From an uncultured bacterium (lineage in GTDB: Bacteria > Omnitrophota > Gorgyraeia > Zapsychrales > Aceulaceae), in the NCBI GenBank assembly GCA_937930175.1, contig CALGLP010000022.1, positions 2,585 through 66,584 on the forward strand: a stretch of DNA of 64,000 nucleotides. Direction: 5' to 3'. Positions 18,269-28,445 of this stretch are shown piece by piece. How positions within the stretch are numbered: the stretch's first letter is position 1; each line of letters opens with the position of its first letter. Position numbers and translations under genes: made by a program. The notes under the pieces are model-generated. The model was not told where the DNA came from, made no database searches, and saw only the letters and a list, made by a program, of their open reading frames with translations.

Positions 18269-18871
18269 ATGGGGGCCTTAATTGTTCTTTTCATTTTGGG
18301 GATGTTGTTTGTTCTTCTTGTTTTTCCTCTTTGGATGATCATTCATTGCGTCATGGCCGAGGATAGGAAGCTTGTTTTTAAAGTGTTATGGATTATTTTT
18401 ATTTTTTTTAGTTGGGTCTTAGGAAGCCTTATTTATGGGTTGTTTGCTTCGCGTAAAGCACTGATCCAGTGGATTGCAGGAAGTATTCTTGTTGTAGGGT
18501 TTCTGAGTATTTTTTTTATTGTGAATACTCTTTATCAAGTAGCGCGTAGCGTATCGCTGGAGTCTGTGCAGAAAGTATCTACGCTTGTTTCGCAGGATCT
18601 TTCGCTAGAGCATGTTAAGAAGCTTAAGGGTTGTTTGATGACGCTGCGTCAAGAACTTAATGATGCCAAGGGCTTGAAGTCTGTGTATTTGATTCAGGAG
18701 ACGTATAAAGATATGATGCTTAATCAGGTTTTTGTTGTTATGATGGATGATGGACAGATGAGTATTTCTGAATATAATGCGTGGATTGAGAAATTTGACA
18801 ATAGAAGGCGCTTGGATGCAAGAGTGCTCAGTGCGTATTTAAAGAGCCTAGGACAAGCGAAAAAGGAATAG
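18269..18871 (+). CDS. Hypothetical membrane protein (three N-terminal TM helices + soluble C-terminal domain)
   Basis: 200-aa ORF with hydrophobic N-terminus. No recognisable motif. Confidence 0.5.
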   Translation: MGALIVLFILGMLFVLLVFPLWMIIHCVMAEDRKLVFKVLWIIFIFFSWVLGSLIYGLFASRKALIQWIAGSILVVGFLSIFFIVNTLYQVARSVSLESVQKVSTLVSQDLSLEHVKKLKGCLMTLRQELNDAKGLKSVYLIQETYKDMMLNQVFVVMMDDGQMSISEYNAWIEKFDNRRRLDARVLSAYLKSLGQAKKE

Positions 18872-18917
18872 GTTTAAAAGAGCAAAGGGATGTTGATCAA
18901 AGAAAGGAATGAAGGAT

Positions 18918-19022
18918 ATGGGAAAAGGGGATAAACGCACACGCCGTGGAAAGATTTGGCAAAAGACCTATGGCAAGCTTCGTCCTAAGAAGAAGAACGA
19001 AGTGAAGAAAGCCAAGGCATAG
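18918..19022 (+). CDS. 30S ribosomal protein bTHX (Thx)
   Basis: 34-aa [37 protein letters not shown], near-identical in pattern to Thermus Thx ([26 protein letters not shown]). GGA-rich RBS, terminator immediately downstream. Absent from the ORF track (<60 aa). Confidence 0.8.
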   Translation: MGKGDKRTRRGKIWQKTYGKLRPKKKNEVKKAKA

Positions 19023-19051
19023 TTCTTGGAAATTGAGCTAGAAGGCTTGGT

Positions 19052-19092
19052 AAAGACATCCATTAACACGAATGGGTGTCTTTTTGTTTGTC
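19052..19092 (+). terminator. Rho-independent terminator after the bTHX gene
   Basis: Stem AAAGACATCC/GGGTGTCTTT (one mismatch), then TTTTTGTTTG. Confidence 0.7.
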
Positions 19093-19188
19093 TATTTTGA
19101 TTCGTGGAAACTGGTACTAAAATCTAGACAGCCTGTTTTTTGTTTGTTAATATGCATATATTATTAATATATATAGCTAGGAGGGTTT

Positions 19189-20892
19189 ATGTTAAAGGTC
19201 ATGCGGTTTGTTCTTGTCGGAGCCTTTCTTTCTCTTTCTTTTAACATTTGCTTCGCTGAAGTGATCACCCCTGAATCAACCATTACCCGCGTTAGCGTCT
19301 ATCCTGGGTCCGCACGGATCACTCGTCAAGCGCAAGTCAACCTCTCCGAAGGTGAGCATACTATTGTTTTTGACAACATTATCCCGATGATCGATCAGAA
19401 TTCGCTTTCCATTTCTGGGCAGGGAAATGCGCAGGTTAAGCTTTATGGCGCAAGCTTTAAAACAACACAGTTAGCTGTTGTTGCTGATGAGCGCGTCAAG
19501 GATCTTGACGCTCAGATTGAAATATTGGCAGATCAGATTAGCCTTCAGAACATGAAGATGACGATCGTGAATCAGCAAAAAGAGTTTATTAATTCGGTTA
19601 AGTTGACTGCCAACCAGCAAATTCCTGAAGATATTATGACCAAGATGCCGACAGCTCAAGACTTAAGCGGCATTTTTGATTTTATCGGCAATGGATTGCA
19701 GGGTTTAAATGATAAGCAAGAAGCGATTCGCCTTGAGATCCGACGACTTTCTAAAGAGAAAGATGTGCTTGAGCGCGAGATGAGTCAATTGCGCGGAGGC
19801 AATGCACAAAAAGCCAAGCGTTCCATCGAAGTGGAATTGTCATGTCAGGCGGCAGGGGCGTTTACCTTGGAAACATCGTATATGGTCATGGGGCCTGGTT
19901 GGCGTCCGGTTTATGACGCGCGCGCAGGATTTAACCCATCGCAAGTTGAAATGGTGCAATACGCCATGGTGCAGCAGAATACCGGTGAGGATTGGTCCAA
20001 TGTGGATGTTACCTTGTCAACGGTCCAACCTCTCTTGGGCGGCCGCATGCCGTATGTGGATTCGTGGATTGTGAGGCCTGCTGAGACTAGAAGGTCCGAG
20101 GGTGGGATGTTAGGTAGGGCTTTAAAAGGATCACTTCGCGAAGCTGCTGTGCAATATGAGGCGTATTCTGATTCTAACGGGGTGAAACAGTTTGCCACGC
20201 CCACGCAGAACATCGAAACAAAAGCTGAGATTAATTACGCAAGTGTTGTTCAAAAAGGTGTTTCGGTTGTTTTTAACATTGCGCGGCCAATCATGCTAGC
20301 TTCTGATGGAACCGAGCGGAAATTTCCTGTGACAACGCAAATGCTCAAAGCGGATTATGAATACGCAACCTTCCCTAAGGTGGCTAGCTTGGCCTACCTT
20401 GGCAGCCGCGTGATCAATAGCGACGAGCTAAGTTTTTTGTCCGGGGAAGTGAATTTGTTTGTCGAAGGCGATTATATTGGAAAGTCCAGCATTGATAATG
20501 TTGGGCCCGGCGAAACCTTTGATCTTTATTTGGGCGCGGATGAAAATGTCAAGGTTAAGCGTGAGATGATCAAGAAGGAAATAGACAAGACCTTGTTCGC
20601 CAACATTGATGCCATGAATCGTAAGGTGACGTATACTTACAAGCTCACGGTTGAAAATTATAAGTCCCGAGACATTAAGGTCAAACTTTTTGAATCCATG
20701 CCTACGGCTCAAGACGACCGCATCAAGACCAAAGTCTTTGACGTTAGCGATGAGCCTAGCCAGAAGGACTGGAAAGATCGTCAAGGTGTTTGGCTCTGGG
20801 AATTTTCATTGAAGCCTAAGGAGAAGAAAGAGATTCGTTATTCTTTTGTGATCGATCATCCTAAGAATCTTCAACTTCCGGAGGTTGATTAA
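19189..20892 (+). CDS. Secreted DUF4140/DUF4139-type protein (mucoidy-inhibitor-A-like family) with central coiled coil
   Basis: Signal peptide, N-terminal VSVYPGSARITRQAQVNLSEGEHTIVF block, central coiled coil, large C-terminal beta-rich domain. Family assignment from recollection of the architecture. Confidence 0.5.
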   Translation: MLKVMRFVLVGAFLSLSFNICFAEVITPESTITRVSVYPGSARITRQAQVNLSEGEHTIVFDNIIPMIDQNSLSISGQGNAQVKLYGASFKTTQLAVVADERVKDLDAQIEILADQISLQNMKMTIVNQQKEFINSVKLTANQQIPEDIMTKMPTAQDLSGIFDFIGNGLQGLNDKQEAIRLEIRRLSKEKDVLEREMSQLRGGNAQKAKRSIEVELSCQAAGAFTLETSYMVMGPGWRPVYDARAGFNPSQVEMVQYAMVQQNTGEDWSNVDVTLSTVQPLLGGRMPYVDSWIVRPAETRRSEGGMLGRALKGSLREAAVQYEAYSDSNGVKQFATPTQNIETKAEINYASVVQKGVSVVFNIARPIMLASDGTERKFPVTTQMLKADYEYATFPKVASLAYLGSRVINSDELSFLSGEVNLFVEGDYIGKSSIDNVGPGETFDLYLGADENVKVKREMIKKEIDKTLFANIDAMNRKVTYTYKLTVENYKSRDIKVKLFESMPTAQDDRIKTKVFDVSDEPSQKDWKDRQGVWLWEFSLKPKEKKEIRYSFVIDHPKNLQLPEVD

Positions 20893-20897
20893 GGGTT

Positions 20898-22214
20898 ATG
20901 AAAATTAATGTTTTTGGATTAGGCTATGTTGGCAATGTTGTGGCCTTGAAGCTCGTGGATATGGGTCACGAGGTCACGGGCGTCGAAGTTGTGGCGCGCA
21001 AGGTCGAAGCCCTTAAAAAAGGTCGCTTATCGATCTTTGAGCCGGGGCTTCAAGAGCTTTTGTCAACGGCCCTTAAGAATAAGACTAAGGGCAAGCTTGC
21101 CGTTGTTACAGAACTTTCCCTGTCCGATTTTAAGAAATCCGAGGGATCCATTGTTTGCGTAGGCACACCAAGCTTGTCCTCGGGAGAAGTGGATTTGGGC
21201 CAGCTACGTGCAACATTAAGAACGATTGGTGCGGCTCTCAAAGAATCCAGCCGCTGGCACAATGTTATTATCCGCAGTACCGTTCCACCGGGAACAACCG
21301 AAGATGTCCTGATCCCGATCCTTGAGGCGGAAAGCCAGAAAAAAGCAGGAAAAGATTTTGGTGTTGGTTTTTATCCTGAATTCCTGCGGGAGGGCACGGC
21401 GGTCAAAGATTTTTCTTCTCCCAGCCTTAATGTCCTCGGGTTTTATGGCGCCAAGACATTTTCTTTTGTTGAGCGTGCTTTTCGCGTGAAAAAGAAATTA
21501 AAAAACGTCAGCCTTCGCACCGCAGAGATGATCAAGTACGCCAACAATAGTTTTCATGCCCTGAAGGTGACTTTTGCGAACGAAATCGGAACGTTGTGCA
21601 AGGCCTACGGCGTGGATAGCGACGATGTGATGGATGTTTTCTTAAGTGATACAACGCTTAATCTTTCGCCGTATTATTTGCATCCAGGCTTTGCCTTTGG
21701 TGGATCTTGTTTTCCTAAAGAGCTTAGGGCGGTTTCTTCGCTTTTTCTTCAAAAAGGTGTCAAGGCGCCCTTGATCAATAGCATTGCACCTAGCAACGAC
21801 GAGCATATCAGCCGGTTGATCAGCCTTATTCAGTCTCAAGACGTTGCGAGTGTCGGCTTTTTAGGGGTAACGTTTAAACCAGATACTGACGATGTTCGCG
21901 AAAGCCCCTTGTTAAAAGTGCTGGCGTCGCTTTTGGCTATTCCTTCGTATAAAAAGACAACACGCTTGATGGTTTGTGATTCACTCTTGGTGATGGATCG
22001 GGTCAAGAAAGATTTTGCTTCGACGGCGATCAGTTGCTATGTCAATCCGCTGAGTCTTTTTGACAAGGCGCAAATGCTCATCGTTGGCCCTTTGAGACTT
22101 AGCCCACGTGAGCTTAAGCAATTAGCTCTCTTTTCAGGGCCGATTATTGATTTGAAATATTTAGATTTGCCCCAAGAGATCAAAAACAAACCACATTATC
22201 ACGCTTTTTGTTAG
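20898..22214 (+). CDS. Nucleotide-sugar dehydrogenase (UDP-glucose/GDP-mannose dehydrogenase family)
   Basis: N-terminal Rossmann MKINVFGLGYVGNVVA. Catalytic Cys motif GGSCFPKE. Confidence 0.85.
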   Translation: MKINVFGLGYVGNVVALKLVDMGHEVTGVEVVARKVEALKKGRLSIFEPGLQELLSTALKNKTKGKLAVVTELSLSDFKKSEGSIVCVGTPSLSSGEVDLGQLRATLRTIGAALKESSRWHNVIIRSTVPPGTTEDVLIPILEAESQKKAGKDFGVGFYPEFLREGTAVKDFSSPSLNVLGFYGAKTFSFVERAFRVKKKLKNVSLRTAEMIKYANNSFHALKVTFANEIGTLCKAYGVDSDDVMDVFLSDTTLNLSPYYLHPGFAFGGSCFPKELRAVSSLFLQKGVKAPLINSIAPSNDEHISRLISLIQSQDVASVGFLGVTFKPDTDDVRESPLLKVLASLLAIPSYKKTTRLMVCDSLLVMDRVKKDFASTAISCYVNPLSLFDKAQMLIVGPLRLSPRELKQLALFSGPIIDLKYLDLPQEIKNKPHYHAFC

Positions 22215-22229
22215 GTTAAAGGAGTTTAA

Positions 22230-23168
22230 ATGACTAAAAAGATCTGCGCTGTGATTCCGACGAAAAATGAGCAAGCCAGCATTGAAAAGGTTGTTCGTGA
22301 TTTACGCGCTGAAGTTGACCGTCTTGATCATGAATTAGTCGGTGTCATTATTACCGACGATTCTACGGATCAAACGCGCAAGATCGCTAAAGCCATGGGT
22401 GCGACGGTTGTGATCGGTGAGGGCAAGGGTTTAGGCTATGCGATGTGGAAAGGCTTAAAGGCAGCGCTTAAATTTAACCCAGAGATCATTATTTCTATGG
22501 ATGCGGATGGCCAAAGCGAGATCAAGGAACTTGGGCGTTTCTTAGCGCCGATCCTTAGCGATGAGGCGGATCTCGTTTTGGGTTCACGTTTTAAGGCTAA
22601 GGGACTCATTGCTTATGCGTATCATTGGAAAAATCGACTGGGTATTCGTATCCTTGTGAAGATTTTGCGGTATCTGACCAAATTGCCGCTGACGGATTCT
22701 CACGGCGGATTGCGTGCCATGGTTCCCGATGTCGCAAGAGAACTTGAGATGGTTGGCACCCACACCTATGTCCAAGAAACCATTATCGACGCCAAAGAAA
22801 AGGGTTTCCGCATTCAAGAAATTGAAAGCGCCTGGCGCGAACGCAAGGAAGGATCATCTCGCGTTGTGTCGTCGATCCCGGTCTATGTTTTCTATACGCT
22901 TCCGGTCCTTATTTTACGCGCGGGCCAGCATATTAAATTTCTTTATCCTATGGGGCTTCTTTTTATCGCGTTATCTTTTCTTGATTTTTGTTATGTCCTC
23001 TGGGACACGCAGTTTAGTTTGGCTGAAATGATTCATCGGCAATCGTTTCATTTGATTTTTCTTCTTTTGTCCATTGGCCTCAATATGTTTTTCATGGGAT
23101 TTTCTCTTGAGCTCATCAACCGTATCAAGTGTCGACTGGATAAAGCCTACGGCAGTTTGTATCTGTAA
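22230..23168 (+). CDS. Glycosyltransferase family 2 (Dpm1-like), C-terminal membrane anchor
   Basis: ICAVIPTKNEQASIEKVV...ITDDSTDQT...MDADGQ (DxD region). Two hydrophobic helices at the C-terminus. Confidence 0.8.
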   Translation: MTKKICAVIPTKNEQASIEKVVRDLRAEVDRLDHELVGVIITDDSTDQTRKIAKAMGATVVIGEGKGLGYAMWKGLKAALKFNPEIIISMDADGQSEIKELGRFLAPILSDEADLVLGSRFKAKGLIAYAYHWKNRLGIRILVKILRYLTKLPLTDSHGGLRAMVPDVARELEMVGTHTYVQETIIDAKEKGFRIQEIESAWRERKEGSSRVVSSIPVYVFYTLPVLILRAGQHIKFLYPMGLLFIALSFLDFCYVLWDTQFSLAEMIHRQSFHLIFLLLSIGLNMFFMGFSLELINRIKCRLDKAYGSLYL

Positions 23169-23174
23169 CGCCTT

Positions 23175-24842
23175 ATGAACAGTACAAGTCCAAACCATTA
23201 TCTCGAAGCTGTTTTGCCGCAAATCCCACGGATTTTATCTTTGCAAGACCGCAATCCTTTTTCACAAACCTATGGATGTTTTGATCGTGGGTTTTGGTTG
23301 CATCGGACCAGTGATTTCCCCAGTGCCATCAACCAAATGGGTTCCTCGATCCTTGCCCTTGTGTGGGCGAAGAAGTTTGAAAACAATCCTTATTACCAGA
23401 ATCCAAAAATTTTAGAATGGTGTATCGCGAGCATCCGCTATTGGGCGAGTATCCAGCATGGCGATGGGTCATTTGACGAATGGTATCCTAACGAACGAGG
23501 ATGGGCTGGTCCAACCGGGTATTTGCTTAACGCCATGGCCGATAGCTATGCCTTACTCGAGGATGTCTTCCCTCAGGATCTCAGGGAATCTTTTTTTGTC
23601 GCCGTTGCCAAGGCCGGGCGCTATTTAGTTGATTATAATGAAGAGTTTGTCTTGGCCAATCATTACGTGATGGCGCTTCTTCCGATTTATCAAGCGTATC
23701 TTTTGACCAAGGATGAGTATCTGCTCAAAGGATTTAAACAGAAATTTGCCGCATTGGAAACCTACTGTTATGACGAAGGCTGGTGTTTAGAGTATGACGG
23801 TGCGGATATTGGATATTTGTCGGGGACGATTAGTTTTCTAGCCCGGCTTTATCAGCTTTGGCCAGACAAGCGCATTGAACGGATTGTTGAAAAGGCCATT
23901 GAGTTTAGCAGTTACTTTTTGTATCCTGATGGATTTTTTGGTGGCGCCATGGGCAGTCGCGAGACAGGGCATTTTTACCATTTTGGATACGAATTCTGGG
24001 GCAAGCAATTTCCCCTTGCTGCGAAAATGGCGGAAGAAGGTTTAAAAAGTCTACAGGCGCACAAACTCGTTTCTCCGTCGACACAAGAAGATCATTATGT
24101 CTTGTATCGCTTGGCAGAATACCTCAAAGCGCACGGCGAATACGTGCCACGCCCTTCTCATTTGCCAAATTTACCTTTTGAACGCCAGGATTTTGAAAAG
24201 ACGTTTCCGCGCGCAGGTATTTTTGTTAAGAAAGCAGGATCGATGTATTGCGTGGTCAATTTAGCTCGCGGCGGCATTGTGAAGGCTTTTGATTGTAATA
24301 GCAAAAAACTTTTCTTTAATGATTCAGGATGGATGGCCAAGCTCATAAATGGCAAGGTCGTGACGTCGAAGTGGAATGATTCCACATATCAAATTATTAT
24401 GCAAGCCAACAAGGTTGCGGTCGGGGGCCCGGGGCATTATGTTGTGATGAAGACCTTTACGCCCGTCACGATGATCCTATTTCGTTTTTTTATGTTGGTG
24501 TTTGGCTGGCAAACACAGATCGCCTATTATATTAAGGCGCTCATTCGTAAACTTTTAACTGTAGGATCTCGACCGGCACCGATCGGTTTTAAAAGGACAA
24601 TCGAGTTTAATCGCGAAGGGCTTGTGATCGAAGATGAATGGACGCTCAAAGATCACGCGCGCATTGAAAATATTTATCTTGGCGATGAAATCCCTGTCCG
24701 CTATGTTCCGCAGTCGCGTTATTTTCAGGCCTTTGAGCTTGGAGTGAAGGGTGAGTATTTGTCAGTTCAAGATATCGCGCGTCTTAATTTCGATAAAAAG
24801 ATTTCGATTGTTCGTCCAATCAAATTTCCCGGGCACTCCTAA
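23175..24842 (+). CDS. Hypothetical cytoplasmic protein in the polysaccharide-type locus (possibly a glycan-modifying or lyase-like enzyme)
   Basis: 555-aa ORF, no signal peptide, no motif I can assign. Operon context only. Confidence 0.45.
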   Translation: MNSTSPNHYLEAVLPQIPRILSLQDRNPFSQTYGCFDRGFWLHRTSDFPSAINQMGSSILALVWAKKFENNPYYQNPKILEWCIASIRYWASIQHGDGSFDEWYPNERGWAGPTGYLLNAMADSYALLEDVFPQDLRESFFVAVAKAGRYLVDYNEEFVLANHYVMALLPIYQAYLLTKDEYLLKGFKQKFAALETYCYDEGWCLEYDGADIGYLSGTISFLARLYQLWPDKRIERIVEKAIEFSSYFLYPDGFFGGAMGSRETGHFYHFGYEFWGKQFPLAAKMAEEGLKSLQAHKLVSPSTQEDHYVLYRLAEYLKAHGEYVPRPSHLPNLPFERQDFEKTFPRAGIFVKKAGSMYCVVNLARGGIVKAFDCNSKKLFFNDSGWMAKLINGKVVTSKWNDSTYQIIMQANKVAVGGPGHYVVMKTFTPVTMILFRFFMLVFGWQTQIAYYIKALIRKLLTVGSRPAPIGFKRTIEFNREGLVIEDEWTLKDHARIENIYLGDEIPVRYVPQSRYFQAFELGVKGEYLSVQDIARLNFDKKISIVRPIKFPGHS

Positions 24843-24844
24843 GC

Positions 24845-26773
24845 ATGTGTGGCATTTTAGGGCTTCTTCATTTTAACGGTCGTCAGGCTCAAGCGCACAG
24901 CCTCCATGAGGCTTTGCAGTGGATGCATCATCGCGGCCCCGATGATGAAGGCGTTTGGGTCAAAGGGGCGATTGGTTTAGCACATAAACGGCTTTCGATT
25001 CTTGACCTTTCCTCGGCGGGCCATCAGCCTATGGTTTCTCCCCATGGCCAGGCCGTCATTGTCTATAATGGCGAGTGCTACAATTTCCAAGAGCTTCGGC
25101 AAGATTTAGAGAAAAAAGGTCATGTCTTTCGCTCGCGCACAGACACAGAGGTCATTTTGTATGGGATACAAGAGTATGGCCCAGGCTTTGTCACAAAGAT
25201 GAATGGCATGTTTGCCTTTGCGCTCTGGCTCGAAAAAGACAAAGAGCTTTTGATTTTTCGTGACAGGCTTGGCGTGAAGCCTGTTTATCTGTATCATGAT
25301 TTAGAAAAGTTTTGTTTTGCGTCGGAAATCAAACCTCTTTTAAGCTTAGGTGTTGACCCTCGGCTTGAAGAAAGTGCGGTTAGTTCTTTTTTTAGTCTTC
25401 GCTATTGCCCAGGAGAACAGACGCTTTTTAAATCCATTACAAAGTTGTCGTCGGGATCTTTTTTGCGCATTAAGCAAAGTGGCGAGGTGCAAGAGCATTG
25501 CTATTGGTCTTTGGATGATTGCTCTTCTATGGCGGATTGTTCCTTTTTCCAGGCGCAAGAAAAGTTTTTTGATCTTTTAGATTCTGCCGTGTCCCTACGC
25601 CAAATCGCGGATGTTCCCGTTGGCGCATTTCTTTCTGGAGGCATTGATTCCAGCGCGATTGTGGCCCTGATGCGTAAGCACGAGCCCAATGTCCAAAGCT
25701 TTACGATGGCCATGGGAGGCGATGTTGATGAGTCTTTGGCAGCCAAACGGGTTGCGGATTTTGTTGGGATCACCAACGAGGTGATCGCGCTTCAAAAAGA
25801 TGATTATCGTTTTTATGAAAAAGCCCTTTGGCATCTGGAAGAACCCATTGGCGATTCCATTATTGTTCCCACCTATCTTTTGGCTCAGCATGCCGCCAAG
25901 AGCCTTAAAGTCATTGAGCTTGGTGAAGGCGCCGACGAAATTCTCGGCGGTTATGTGCACCAGCTGGCTATGACCTATGGGAGTGAGCTTCGCGCATCAT
26001 TGCCAGGATTTATGTTTGGGTTGATTCCTAAAGTTTTGCAAGCCCTGCCTCAAGGCCTGGTGGAAAAAGTTTTTCCGTATCCTGCGAAATTAGGCGCTTC
26101 GGGAACGCAGAAGGTGATTCGCTATCTTCAATCGATTGATAATGTAGCCACAAGTTATTTTGATCTCGTTGGACTTTTTGGTGAAGGAAGAAAGCAGGAT
26201 ATTTTTTCTCAAGAATTCTTTGAGGGCTCTGTCCGCGACGCTGATCCTTCAAGCATTTTTTCAGGGTTTTTAGCTCGCCAGAAGAATCCTGTTTTCCAAA
26301 ATCGATTGCTTGCCCTTGATTTGAGGTATTGGAACGCAGACTACACGCTTTTACGTATGGATAAATTGACCATGGCGCATTCCCTGGAGGCTAGGGTTCC
26401 GTATTTAGATTATCGCTTGGTGGAGTTTTGCTTGAGCTTGCCGCGTTCGTTTAAGACAAAAGGTTTTCAGCAAAAGATTTTATTACGTAAAGCACTTGCG
26501 CCAAAGAATCTTCTTCCCAAGACAACGATCCAGGCGCCGAAGAAAGCTTTTTATTTGCCGGTTGAAAAATGCTTTGATCGTGGGTTTGAGCAATATGCGC
26601 GCGACGTGCTATCGGCTGAAAATCTTAAGAAGCGAAAGATTTTTAATGTGGCGAACGTTCAGAAGCTTTTGGACAAGGTGGAGCGCGAGCTCATTGGTAA
26701 CAAAGAAATCATGGTTTTGCTTATGTTTGAACTTTGGGCGCAAACTTTTCTTGACGGAAAATGGGATAAGTAG
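24845..26773 (+). CDS. asnB: Asparagine synthetase (glutamine-hydrolysing)-family amidotransferase, polysaccharide-locus type
   Basis: N-terminal nucleophile MCGILGL (class II GATase). PP-loop SGGIDSS. 642 aa. Confidence 0.88.
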   Translation: MCGILGLLHFNGRQAQAHSLHEALQWMHHRGPDDEGVWVKGAIGLAHKRLSILDLSSAGHQPMVSPHGQAVIVYNGECYNFQELRQDLEKKGHVFRSRTDTEVILYGIQEYGPGFVTKMNGMFAFALWLEKDKELLIFRDRLGVKPVYLYHDLEKFCFASEIKPLLSLGVDPRLEESAVSSFFSLRYCPGEQTLFKSITKLSSGSFLRIKQSGEVQEHCYWSLDDCSSMADCSFFQAQEKFFDLLDSAVSLRQIADVPVGAFLSGGIDSSAIVALMRKHEPNVQSFTMAMGGDVDESLAAKRVADFVGITNEVIALQKDDYRFYEKALWHLEEPIGDSIIVPTYLLAQHAAKSLKVIELGEGADEILGGYVHQLAMTYGSELRASLPGFMFGLIPKVLQALPQGLVEKVFPYPAKLGASGTQKVIRYLQSIDNVATSYFDLVGLFGEGRKQDIFSQEFFEGSVRDADPSSIFSGFLARQKNPVFQNRLLALDLRYWNADYTLLRMDKLTMAHSLEARVPYLDYRLVEFCLSLPRSFKTKGFQQKILLRKALAPKNLLPKTTIQAPKKAFYLPVEKCFDRGFEQYARDVLSAENLKKRKIFNVANVQKLLDKVERELIGNKEIMVLLMFELWAQTFLDGKWDK

Positions 26774-26781
26774 GGGCACGC

Positions 26782-28344
26782 ATGTCTTTTCCTAAGAAAG
26801 CTTATAAGAAAAATATCATCGTTCACCGTCCTCGCAAGGACAGGGCGGATGTTTTGCTTGTCTATCCTATTTGGGCGTCTAATGAAGGCCGTGTTCGTTT
26901 GCAGCGCATGTTACCGCCCTTAGGTATTTTGTCCATTGCCTCCTATTTAGAAGAAAAAGGTTTTGAGGTGCATGTCCTTGATCTTCACGGAGAACAATTG
27001 AGCCCTGAAGATTTCCGGCGCACGATCCAAGTCCTCAAGCCGCGTATTGTTGGCATAACGGTCTTAGCTGCGCATTTTATTCCAGCGCATTATGTGGCTA
27101 CGATCTGTAAAGAGGAAGTCAGTGATGTGAAAGTTTACGTCGGTGGTCCACACGCGGAATCGAATCCAGAGCAGATGCTGCAAAATAAAAACATTGATGC
27201 GGTTTGCCAAGGCGACGGGGAAGAGATCATGCTTGATTTGGCGCGTGGCGTGGCTTATGAGGATGTCCTGGGCCTGGCTTATCGGGGCAAAGACGGCAAG
27301 GTTGTTGTCAATCCGCCAAGGCCCATCGAGCACAATCTTGATAAATATCCTTTTCCAGCTTATCACTTGATTGATTTTGATAACTATTTTCCAGCTATTG
27401 GCACGTACCGAGATTTACCAGCGGCGAATGTTTTGATGACGCGAGGTTGTCCTGGCAAATGCACTTTTTGTAATTCCGCGAATACGCCCTTGCGTAGCCG
27501 TTCGGTTGAGAAAATGATTGAGTTGATCAAATGTCTGCGCTATGACTACGGCATGCGGCAGATTAATTTTTATGATGATACCTTTACCGCTAATATCCAA
27601 AGCGTTCGCGCGATTTGTGAGCAGTTGATCGCTCAAAAAATTGATATTAAATTTGTTTGTTATGTCCGTGGGGACATGATGAATGAACGCTTGGCAGAGC
27701 TTCTGGCCAAGGCTGGCTGTCACCAGCTCTTGATTGGCATTGAGTCTGGCAGTAAGCTTTTACGTGAGAAAATAAATAAGCCTATCAACGAGGAGAAATA
27801 TAAAGAAACTGTGCGCCTGGCCCACAAATACGGCATGGAGGTGCGCGGTTCGTTTATTATCGGGCATATTGAGGAAACTAAGGAAACGCTGAGGGAAACC
27901 TTGGAGTCTGCGATCAATCTCGACGTGGATTTTCTTCAACCGTGTATCATGACCCCGTATCCCGGCACGCAACTTTATCGGGAAGCCAAGCAAAATCATT
28001 TACTGGAACATGAAAACTACGAATTGTATGGCCAAGGCCAGCCGATCTTGAAAATGAAGCATTTGACGCACAAAGACATCATGTGGTTTCAAACCTATTC
28101 ATTTTTTCGTTTCTATTTTCGGCCCAAAGCGATTTGGCGTCAGCTCAAGAGTTTGAAACGTTGGGCGCATGTGGTTGACTTGTTTAATGCGTTTTACGTG
28201 ATCTTGATCGAAGGTATTTCTAGCCGCGGCAAGAATCGTTTGCGCCAATGGATGGATTTTGATTTGAGCACTGTCAGAGATTCCTTGGTTGTTGTGCCAG
28301 AAACGCCGCGATTGACGTGGGAAGTGCGGGAAGGAAAAGGATAA
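26782..28344 (+). CDS. B12-binding domain-containing (class B) radical SAM protein
   Basis: N-terminal B12-binding-like Rossmann region (VLLVYPIW...VGITVLAAH). Radical SAM motif MTRGCPGKCTFCNS (CxxxCxxC). Confidence 0.85.
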   Translation: MSFPKKAYKKNIIVHRPRKDRADVLLVYPIWASNEGRVRLQRMLPPLGILSIASYLEEKGFEVHVLDLHGEQLSPEDFRRTIQVLKPRIVGITVLAAHFIPAHYVATICKEEVSDVKVYVGGPHAESNPEQMLQNKNIDAVCQGDGEEIMLDLARGVAYEDVLGLAYRGKDGKVVVNPPRPIEHNLDKYPFPAYHLIDFDNYFPAIGTYRDLPAANVLMTRGCPGKCTFCNSANTPLRSRSVEKMIELIKCLRYDYGMRQINFYDDTFTANIQSVRAICEQLIAQKIDIKFVCYVRGDMMNERLAELLAKAGCHQLLIGIESGSKLLREKINKPINEEKYKETVRLAHKYGMEVRGSFIIGHIEETKETLRETLESAINLDVDFLQPCIMTPYPGTQLYREAKQNHLLEHENYELYGQGQPILKMKHLTHKDIMWFQTYSFFRFYFRPKAIWRQLKSLKRWAHVVDLFNAFYVILIEGISSRGKNRLRQWMDFDLSTVRDSLVVVPETPRLTWEVREGKG

Positions 28345-28445
28345 AGGAAGCCCCTCGGTCGCTAACGCTACCTTAGGGTAAATTCGCCTAGCAAACTTAT
28401 GTTCGCTAGAACTCCGTAAGTTTGGGGCTCATTTAAGGAGGCATT

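Noticed and set aside
24845-26773. Lasso-peptide cyclase interpretation of the AsnB homologue
   Set aside because: The protein retains the N-terminal Cys nucleophile and glutaminase domain typical of genuine amidotransferases. No B1/B2 protease, RRE or lasso precursor nearby. The context is glycan biosynthesis.
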